From positions 1 to 52,520 of the IMG/VR virus record IMGVR_UViG_3300008116_000069: DNA of 52,520 bases. One strand, written 5' to 3'. Origin of the DNA: a virus. Its lineage: Duplodnaviria > Caudoviricetes. The translations under genes and the position numbers were made by a program. The notes beneath the pieces were generated by a model, which ran no database searches, was not told the origin of the DNA, and saw only the letters and a list, made by a program, of their open reading frames with translations. Position 1 is the first letter of the stretch. Every line of letters begins with the position of its first letter. Of this stretch, positions 46,298-52,520 are shown one piece after another.

Positions 46298-46370
46298 TGT
46301 CCCAGGCAGGATTTGAACCTGCGACCTTTACCTTAGAAGGGTACTACTCTATCCACTGAGTTACTGAGAC
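46298..46370 (-). tRNA. tRNA-Arg(TCT)
   Basis: GTCTCAG/CTGGGAC acceptor; CTTCTAA loop; GGTTCAAATCC; no encoded CCA. Confidence 0.85.
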
Positions 46371-46371
46371 T

Positions 46372-46448
46372 TGGTACGCCAGGTAGGACTTGAACCTACG
46401 ATAACCGAATTATGAGTTCGGGGCCTTAACCAACTTGGCTACTGGCGT
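46372..46448 (-). tRNA. tRNA-CAT (elongator Met or Ile2)
   Basis: ACGCCAG/CTGGCGT; CCGAA-CTCATAA-TTCGG; ACCA end; lacks initiator features. Confidence 0.88.
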
Positions 46449-46711
46449 TTAGGTTTAGGCTTTGGCATTCTTTCTTTAATTAACTCTATGACTGTATCAA
46501 TACCTTCTGCATAAGCCAGAGCGTCATCCTTTGCCCACATTAATTCACCAGTGTCTTTATGAAAACTAGATCCACGGTAAACTAAATAATCATTTTTAGT
46601 TTTTTCAAACAAGTCAATTAGTTGTTTGCGTTCTGCTGCAACTGTTTTTTGACAACCACTACAAGGGCATACCCAGTCACCACGGGATGGGGTTTGATTT
46701 GGATCAGCCAT
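46439..46711 (-). CDS. Hypothetical protein (CxCxxC)
   Basis: ORF following carbamoyltransferase. Confidence 0.55.
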   Translation of the reverse strand: MADPNQTPSRGDWVCPCSGCQKTVAAERKQLIDLFEKTKNDYLVYRGSSFHKDTGELMWAKDDALAYAEGIDTVIELIKERMPKPKPKRQ

Positions 46712-46712
46712 A

Positions 46713-48149
46713 TTATTTCCTAACTACTACCTTAAGTTCTGGCAGATATAAATAGTCTATATTAGAATTATACAGTGTCCAAAGTGCGTCGTCAAGTGTT
46801 TCCACTATGGTGTTTCCAGCAAGATTAAATGATGTATTAAACAGTATTGGTACACCAGTAATTTTTCTGAATTCATAGATTAGTTCATAATAGTTTATAT
46901 TATCATTCTTTTCAAGAGTCTGAACCCTGCAAGTTCCATCAACATGAGTTATTGCGGGTATAAGTTCTTGCTTATCTTTTAAAACATCTACAGCAAACAT
47001 CATAAACTTTGACTCATTTAAATGTCTAAGGTCAAACCATTCTTTTGCGTGTTCAATCATAACTGTGCCAGCAAAAGGTCTAAACCATTCTCTCTTTTTT
47101 ACTGAGTTAACATGATCTTTTCCGTCTTTATCTCTTGGATCATACAAAATGCTTCTATTGCCAAGAGCACGTGGTCCAGACTCTGAGCCACCTTGATATA
47201 TAGCAACAATATTTTTATCAGCAATTAACTGTGCAACATCTGCTGGCGATACATTCTTTATAATACTGTGATTGTTTAAAAGGTTATTATCATATTTATA
47301 TTTTGGACCATAGTAAATGTCATTTCTTTTCTTTGGTTCTGTGTTATTTGATAAAGCATGATGGATATATAATGCTGCACCTATCGCATTACCTGCATCA
47401 CTTGACACTGGTTCTATATATATGTTTACATCATTGGGTAATTGCTTTAGCAAGTTATAGTTTGATACGCAGTTCAGGAAAAACCCTCCAGACAAGCAAA
47501 GGTTTTTTTGTCCAGTTTGTTTCAGCATAAATAAAATATAGTCTGCAACCTTTTCTTGTATTTGAGTTTGTAATGCATATGCAAAGTCTGCTTTTTCTTG
47601 AAAGTTATCTTCTAAATTAATTTTAAAGACATACTCTCCATTTTCTATTGCAAAAATATCATCATTGATTAATCCATTTTTATAAATAGGTGGAAACTTT
47701 TTATTTGGTTTTCCATAGGCAGACAATCCCATTACCTTGCCAGCATCAAGATAGTCAAAGCCAAGGTTAAATGCTGTAATCTCAAAAGCATGTGCCTCAG
47801 AGACAGTGTTTGTTGCATAAACTCCTGGACCAATCCCACATGGTGAAAATTTGGAAGGAACTGGAACAGTTACCATCTTATCAATCATAGTAAAGTTATT
47901 AGGGTATGATCCAACAAACGCTGTAGATGCTTCTTTACCAACAATATCGCTAGAATAGTTTTCATTATTGAAGCAATATTCTGAACCAGCACCATCTTTA
48001 ACTATACATAATGCGTCTGTAAAACCAGAATTATAGAACGCTGTTGCTGCATGCATTTCATGGTGCTTGTCCCAAAGATCATGAACTGTTATATTGTTTT
48101 GTGTGAAAGATTTTCCTAGTCCAAGAACCCGTATTTTTTCTTCTTCCAA
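46713..48149 (-). CDS. NodU/CmcH-family carbamoyltransferase, N-terminally truncated (possible pseudogene)
   Basis: HH..HAA.AFY, DGAG, GKVMGL.AYG, SGG..LN, DAG..IG, GPRALGNRSIL, KKREWFRPFA, NTSFN; canonical N-terminal HD/EER segment absent. Confidence 0.85.
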   Translation of the reverse strand: MEEEKIRVLGLGKSFTQNNITVHDLWDKHHEMHAATAFYNSGFTDALCIVKDGAGSEYCFNNENYSSDIVGKEASTAFVGSYPNNFTMIDKMVTVPVPSKFSPCGIGPGVYATNTVSEAHAFEITAFNLGFDYLDAGKVMGLSAYGKPNKKFPPIYKNGLINDDIFAIENGEYVFKINLEDNFQEKADFAYALQTQIQEKVADYILFMLKQTGQKNLCLSGGFFLNCVSNYNLLKQLPNDVNIYIEPVSSDAGNAIGAALYIHHALSNNTEPKKRNDIYYGPKYKYDNNLLNNHSIIKNVSPADVAQLIADKNIVAIYQGGSESGPRALGNRSILYDPRDKDGKDHVNSVKKREWFRPFAGTVMIEHAKEWFDLRHLNESKFMMFAVDVLKDKQELIPAITHVDGTCRVQTLEKNDNINYYELIYEFRKITGVPILFNTSFNLAGNTIVETLDDALWTLYNSNIDYLYLPELKVVVRK

Positions 48150-48802
48150 TATGTTTTCTTATACCATCCAGACAATACCAGATTACTTCTTTCTTTGTTT
48201 AGCATTGAGTTTTCGTAAAGACCTTCTTCTCTTATTGCTTTCCATTCTTCTGTTTTGAATGGTATTAGTTGTGCAATTGGAGTTCCTTGTGGAATTACAC
48301 CCTCAAAGTCATTTTTTAGAAAAAATGGTATTCTTCCAGGATGCATGGTAAAACTATCAACTACTCCACTCACAGTAATAAAAGGTAAATCAAATCTATT
48401 AATAGGCTGGACGATTAGCATACTGTATCCATCAGGGATTTCTATTGCAGTGTGCATTACCCATGCAGTTGATGCTGGGCTATAGCCTACTGGAACAGGG
48501 AGTTCTCCAGAAAACTTTGAATCTCTAAACTCAACAAGGTCGTCTTTACCACCCCAAGTTATTTCAGATGCAAACTCATCCACTTTTTTTACTAATATGT
48601 CTCCAACCAGAGGAATGTAATATCCAGTTGTAAGTGAGTCAAAGAATGGCATACAATGTTTAATTGCTGTATCATAAAATGCTGGCTCTCCATTGATCCA
48701 CTGCTTAGTATCTTTATACCATTTTGGAATAATATTTTTAATTGGCAAGACTGTTGGGTATATTGAACTAGATGCTTCAGCCTTAATAATTTTTTTAGAC
48801 AT
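48116..48802 (-). CDS. Hypothetical protein, 'IPKWY/K.C.P..D..T.GY/GTP..Q..PF' family (dUTPase-like beta fold suspected)
   Basis: Paralog of 48818-49549. Confidence 0.65.
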   Translation of the reverse strand: MSKKIIKAEASSSIYPTVLPIKNIIPKWYKDTKQWINGEPAFYDTAIKHCMPFFDSLTTGYYIPLVGDILVKKVDEFASEITWGGKDDLVEFRDSKFSGELPVPVGYSPASTAWVMHTAIEIPDGYSMLIVQPINRFDLPFITVSGVVDSFTMHPGRIPFFLKNDFEGVIPQGTPIAQLIPFKTEEWKAIREEGLYENSMLNKERSNLVLSGWYKKTYWKKKKYGFLD

Positions 48803-48817
48803 TGTTGCTTTACCTAA

Positions 48818-49549
48818 CTACTTGTATGTTTTTTTTGACCATATATTTTTTATATAGTGGTTAACAATTGTTCCCTCAAACCCACGAGCCATTTCTTTAT
48901 CATACTCATTATTTTTAAAAAAAGAAAACTCAGATTGCCAAGACTCTCTTTTAAAAGGAGTTACTTGTATTAAAGGAGTTCCTTTTTCAATTATTCCTTC
49001 AAACCCATCTTTAAGCCACATTGGAACTGTAAGATCATGAAGAGACTTATCAGAATCAATTATACCTGGAACTGCGTGTAGTGGCAAATCTTTATATCCA
49101 AATGGAGATGTAATTAAACAGGAATACCCTTTTGGGGTGATTGGAATCCATCCATTTAAATATTTTAAAACTCCTTTGCGATATCCAGGGGGCCTTTCTA
49201 CAAAGTTGGCTGAAGGGCCATGTATTTCAAAAATACTTTTAGAAGTTCTCCAACTTACACTTGGCTCTCCATTGTCTTCGTCTTTATAAGAAACTAAAAC
49301 ATCAGCCCATAGTGGAATAATATATCCACTTGTTATTGCATCAAGCATTGGTGTACATTTTTTTGCTGTAGCATTTGAGTGTCCACGCTCATCAACTATT
49401 AATTTTTTTCCGTCAATGTTGTTTGGTGATGGTAAATACGGTGTCATTTCACGCCACCATTTTGGTATAGCCTGAGATGCTGGGAAAGGCCTTAGTTGTG
49501 TATCAAAAGCATACTGATCAAGTGCACGAAATTCAATTTTTTTTGACAT
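48818..49549 (-). CDS. Hypothetical protein, paralog of 48116-48802
   Basis: IPKWW, KKCTPMLDAITSGY, GIID, KGTPLIQVTPFKRE. Confidence 0.65.
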   Translation of the reverse strand: MSKKIEFRALDQYAFDTQLRPFPASQAIPKWWREMTPYLPSPNNIDGKKLIVDERGHSNATAKKCTPMLDAITSGYIIPLWADVLVSYKDEDNGEPSVSWRTSKSIFEIHGPSANFVERPPGYRKGVLKYLNGWIPITPKGYSCLITSPFGYKDLPLHAVPGIIDSDKSLHDLTVPMWLKDGFEGIIEKGTPLIQVTPFKRESWQSEFSFFKNNEYDKEMARGFEGTIVNHYIKNIWSKKTYK

Positions 49550-49968
49550 TACACAATTTCTCCTTTTATGAACCTAACAACTAAATCAAATCCTTCTTTA
49601 AATCCGTCATTAAAATCTTTATTTGAAAAATCTTGCTTTGTCATTCTTTCTAATTCATCTAAAAATTCATTTCTTATTTCAGAAACAAAACTACACGTAC
49701 ATTCATTAAACCTATAATTTGGATAAAGTGTTTTTTTACAATATGCATCATGAAATTTTTTGTTTTTTATTTCTTTTTTTGTATCATCACAAGCAATGCA
49801 CTGAAAATTTTCAAATTTAGGGTCTGTGTATGCTTCTCCTGCTTCGTTAACAAAATACTCTTCAGTTTCTACTTTCATACAGTAAGGGTGAGAAAAAGGA
49901 ACTAAGACTATTTTGCCATTTTCTTCAAAATGTTTTCCTTTTTTTGTTCCATTCATAAAAATAGCCAC
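49549..49968 (-). CDS. Hypothetical Cys-containing protein
   Basis: AAGGAG RBS; coupled to neighbours. Confidence 0.5.
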   Translation of the reverse strand: MAIFMNGTKKGKHFEENGKIVLVPFSHPYCMKVETEEYFVNEAGEAYTDPKFENFQCIACDDTKKEIKNKKFHDAYCKKTLYPNYRFNECTCSFVSEIRNEFLDELERMTKQDFSNKDFNDGFKEGFDLVVRFIKGEIV

Positions 49969-50078
49969 TAGTCTTTGTACTCCTTATACCATTCAGGAAT
50001 GATCATTGTTGCTGGAAGTAGAGAAAGACTAGCCAACTTTGTTTTATGTGAGTATTGGATAAATTTTATTTTTGGCAT
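49968..50078 (-). pseudogene. Truncated third paralog of the IPKWY family (36 aa)
   Basis: MPKIKFIQYSHKTKLASLSLLPATMIIPEWYKEYKD*. Confidence 0.6.
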
Positions 50079-50083
50079 ATTTT

Positions 50084-50113
50084 AATTATACACTAACCTT
50101 TCTGTTTTTTCAA
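50084..50113 (-). promoter_or_regulatory. Promoter TTGAAA-18-TATAAT (leaderless)
   Basis: -10 lies 5 nt from ATG 50078. Confidence 0.55.
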
Positions 50114-50244
50114 CTTATTAAAACACCAGTCAAGACTCCAATTATTAACATACTAAGACCAATAGTCCAATGGTATGACTTCATAAGATAATCTTTGATA
50201 ATTTGATCTCTTACCTCATTGGTAACCCCATAATTATCTTTCAT
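50110..50244 (-). CDS. Small membrane protein (44 aa)
   Basis: MKDNYGVTNEVRDQIIKDYLMKSYHWTIGLSMLIIGVLTGVLIS. Confidence 0.45.
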   Translation of the reverse strand: MKDNYGVTNEVRDQIIKDYLMKSYHWTIGLSMLIIGVLTGVLIS

Positions 50245-50470
50245 CAAGCACTTCTAACCTTTCGTCTCTTTTCCAATGTATAAAAGATTTAACATAAACA
50301 ATCCCATATGCAATAGCAGCAACAATAAATCCGTATTGTTTTGTAGCCAAGGCATAGGCAATCCATAGGCATTCATTTACGCATAAAACTACCCAACCCC
50401 AAATAGTTTTACGACCTACAAGAAATATTCCTGTAACACCAATTGCTGCTAGCACCCATGACCACATCAC
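50234..50470 (-). CDS. Small 3-TM membrane protein (PnuC-like)
   Basis: 'GRK.IWGW......LW..Y....QYG'. Confidence 0.6.
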   Translation of the reverse strand: MMWSWVLAAIGVTGIFLVGRKTIWGWVVLCVNECLWIAYALATKQYGFIVAAIAYGIVYVKSFIHWKRDERLEVLDER

Positions 50471-50610
50471 TGCACAACCTGCACTGGAATCATAATGCTA
50501 CATCTTTCACAATATCGGTATGTTGCACCAGTAAATGGGCAAGAGCCTGCAGGCACAAGAGTGTGTCCAGAAAACTTACACTTAATAGACTTAATTAGAC
50601 TGATTAGCAT
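50467..50610 (-). CDS. Small Cys/His protein (47 aa)
   Basis: C...GH......CPFTG.....CERC. Confidence 0.5.
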   Translation of the reverse strand: MLISLIKSIKCKFSGHTLVPAGSCPFTGATYRYCERCSIMIPVQVVQ

Positions 50611-50821
50611 CAACTTCGTTTTGTCCTCTCGCAATAGCAGCAGAAATCTTAAACGCCTTCTGGGTTCTGCGAGATTTGTTTAGTCCTTTTGCAGCCCAAA
50701 GATCAGATGTTGCAAGTATGTCAACGGCAATCTGTTCTCTGATTTCCTTTACTGTAAATACAATAAAGTCCCAAACCTGTTGCTTCTGCTCATCTGTTAG
50801 TTCTTCTGTCCAGTTACTCAT
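50591..50821 (-). CDS. Hypothetical protein
   Basis: GAGGA RBS; 'EIREQIA.DI...A.IARG'. Confidence 0.55.
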   Translation of the reverse strand: MSNWTEELTDEQKQQVWDFIVFTVKEIREQIAVDILATSDLWAAKGLNKSRRTQKAFKISAAIARGQNEVDANQSN

Positions 50822-50918
50822 CTGATTCCTCTTCAAACTCTCTTAGTGCGTTTTTATTTTCAAAACAGGCATTGCAATCTCCATTAACGAGTCTTGACCC
50901 ACAATCCCCACAGAACAT
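50814..50918 (-). CDS. Leaderless zinc-ribbon micro-protein (34 aa)
   Basis: MFCGDCGSRLVNGDCNAC...; TATACT six nt upstream. Confidence 0.55.
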   Translation of the reverse strand: MFCGDCGSRLVNGDCNACFENKNALREFEEESDE

Positions 50919-50924
50919 ATATCC

Positions 50925-50965
50925 AGTATATACTACTTTCAGGTTATCTGCAAGTATGGTACTAT
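50925..50965. promoter_or_regulatory. Divergent promoter pair
   Basis: Minus: TTGCAG-17-TATACT. Plus: TGG-TACTAT. Each is 6 nt from an ATG. Confidence 0.5.
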
Positions 50966-50971
50966 TGTTAT

Positions 50972-51142
50972 ATGTGTCCAAAATGTTTTAATAATGCTAT
51001 TCCTATTGTTTATGGCGCTGTTACAGATGATAATCTATCTAAGCATAAATCTGGAGAGATTATTTTAGCGGGGGACAGATTTAGATACGAATCTACCTAT
51101 AGCCACTACTGTATGGAATGCCTAGAAGGTTTTAACCTTTAA
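50972..51142 (+). CDS. Leaderless small zinc-binding protein (56 aa)
   Basis: MCPKC....IPIVYG...G...HYCMEC. Confidence 0.6.
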   Translation: MCPKCFNNAIPIVYGAVTDDNLSKHKSGEIILAGDRFRYESTYSHYCMECLEGFNL

Positions 51143-51353
51143 TTCTTCCAACTAGTCCAGCGATAACTTCTGCAAACTGTTGAGAGTTAAGTCCCCACAT
51201 AAACTCAGAGGGAAGATCAACTGTTACACCAACAAGAGATAGTTCATTTAGTATGTACATTCTCTGGTTTTGTAGGTAAAGTTCTGGAGTTAGGTCTATG
51301 CCATGAGCCTCAGCCCAATCCTCAAAGTCTTTTTCTTTACTATCTTGATCCAT
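51132..51353 (-). CDS. Hypothetical protein
   Basis: Coupled ORF. Confidence 0.5.
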   Translation of the reverse strand: MDQDSKEKDFEDWAEAHGIDLTPELYLQNQRMYILNELSLVGVTVDLPSEFMWGLNSQQFAEVIAGLVGRIKG

Positions 51354-51807
51354 CCCAGTCTCCTATCTTTGTAGTTGGAATACCATTCTTTTCCCATAGT
51401 TCAATCACTGCTGGGTTATCATCAAAGGCATGCATTACATCCCACTGTTTATTAATTCTATAAAGAATGTCATCTTTTACTTCATAATCTTTTCTAAAGT
51501 CACCATCTTTACGCATGTAAAGGGCATCATGATAGATACCATTCTTAGCCATCCAGATAGAGGTAACGCCTCTCCACCATTCACGCCTAGAAGTTACTAC
51601 AACAATATCTAAACCATTTTCCATAGCATCACGAAGGTAGTCAACTGCTTCTTGGTTTGGCTCTGCACCAATAGATTCTTCATGAAACTTATCGTAATTC
51701 TTTTTAAACTCTGGATCATTATTTATATTGCGTATGTTGTGTAGGTATGGATCAACATTTGCCAATGTTCCATCTACATCAAATATTACTGCCTTACGTT
51801 TAGCCAT
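51340..51807 (-). CDS. HAD phosphatase (polynucleotide kinase 3'-phosphatase-like)
   Basis: FDVDGTL, VVTSR, L.MR...D.R.D..VK, FDDN. Confidence 0.85.
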   Translation of the reverse strand: MAKRKAVIFDVDGTLANVDPYLHNIRNINNDPEFKKNYDKFHEESIGAEPNQEAVDYLRDAMENGLDIVVVTSRREWWRGVTSIWMAKNGIYHDALYMRKDGDFRKDYEVKDDILYRINKQWDVMHAFDDNPAVIELWEKNGIPTTKIGDWDGSR

Positions 51808-52252
51808 TTTTTAATTCCTTAACTATGTTGTGGAACTTGTCAAAATCACAAACGTTTCTGCCAAAGTTGGCAAACCTAGTTGTGATAACAATATTCTCTT
51901 TTGTATAATCTCCGTTAACATCAATCTTATCTATACTAGGACACATAGGATGTTTTGGCATCCAGTCAGGGTGCGACTTATATAAAAGGTCTAAATCTAA
52001 TTGTACCCCAAACCAGTAGCATTTGCCAAATTGCTTATCCCAAATCTCTCTTAATTCATCTGGTGTAACATAAATTTTTGCGGGGATCCAAGGTTGCTGT
52101 TGTGAACCTGCTATACCCCCAACACTAGAGGCTTTACCTTCCATTCTACGCTTATTGGTAGATGAATTTATAACTGTCCAGTTACCTTCAGAGTCTTGGC
52201 GCACACCATTAGATAAGATGGTTGACCAAAGTTTTTTAAAATGATCTCTCAT
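51800..52252 (-). CDS. HNH-like endonuclease fold protein
   Basis: Q.GKCYW...PSIDKID....YTKENI.......N..RN. Confidence 0.55.
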   Translation of the reverse strand: MRDHFKKLWSTILSNGVRQDSEGNWTVINSSTNKRRMEGKASSVGGIAGSQQQPWIPAKIYVTPDELREIWDKQFGKCYWFGVQLDLDLLYKSHPDWMPKHPMCPSIDKIDVNGDYTKENIVITTRFANFGRNVCDFDKFHNIVKELKNG

Positions 52253-52378
52253 TTATTTTGAAGAGTCTAAAGGCATTACCGATTCACAGGGACAGATGAT
52301 TGACTCTGGCAATTCATGAACCTTAGTATTAATAATAATAGAGGTTTTACACTCTGCACACTTATAAGTATTTTTCAT
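52253..52378 (-). CDS. Leaderless zinc-ribbon micro-protein (41 aa)
   Basis: MKNTYKCAECK...CPC; TGA-TATACT six nt upstream. Confidence 0.55.
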   Translation of the reverse strand: MKNTYKCAECKTSIIINTKVHELPESIICPCESVMPLDSSK

Positions 52379-52390
52379 ATAATCAGTATA

Positions 52391-52519
52391 TCAAACTTTC
52401 TCTTTGTTTGGGATATCATAAAAAGAATTATAGCCTTTACTAACTATAAGTCTAGCAATTTCAATAGTGCATACTAAGTAGCCAGCAAGCATACCAAATA
52501 AAAATTTAAGCACGAGCAA
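52391..52519 (-). CDS. Small membrane protein, probably 5'-partial
   Basis: Open frame LLVLKFLFGMLAGYLVCTIE... to TGA 52391. Confidence 0.35.
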   Translation of the reverse strand: MLVLKFLFGMLAGYLVCTIEIARLIVSKGYNSFYDIPNKEKV

Positions 52520-52520
52520 C

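Noticed and set aside
46298-46448. tRNAs as a prophage att site
   Set aside because: No integrase, no duplicated tRNA 3' end, and phage-type genes on both sides
48116-49549. Calling the paralogs dUTPases
   Set aside because: Only a partial fold resemblance; the five dUTPase motifs are not recognisable
1-52520. Stop-codon reassignment
   Set aside because: Long genes are intact in the standard code, TAG/TGA act as stops at coupled junctions, and no suppressor tRNA is present

Overview
A 52.5-kb, AT-rich segment of a large tailed dsDNA phage, most likely a siphovirus of low-GC freshwater Actinobacteria. The host assignment is inferred from WhiB, leaderless genes, DnaE-type replication and gene order. 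The window opens inside a very long tape-measure gene and continues through tail genes (to ~14.6 kb). A replication/recombination block follows (DnaB, primase, SSB, DnaE, MazG-like, RecA, Cas4-like, RuvC-like), then small and large terminase. Next come secreted/membrane accessory genes, an HslV-like protease, three tRNAs, Hsp20, a CHAP endolysin, thermonuclease, thioredoxin and WhiB. The end holds a six-gene glycosyltransferase/FkbM cluster, two more tRNAs, and a minus-strand variable island with a truncated carbamoyltransferase. The most notable observation is a HipA/PI3K-like kinase-fold domain inside the tape measure protein, bracketed by copies of a 'PAxL(T/S)PGE' repeat, which suggests a cassette-based cargo injected with the DNA. 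Other highlights are a ROSE-like RNA thermometer before hsp20, an intergenic H-type pseudoknot, a promoter-overlapping anti-RBS hairpin and several leaderless micro-ORFs. All calls come from motif reading only; no database searches were run.
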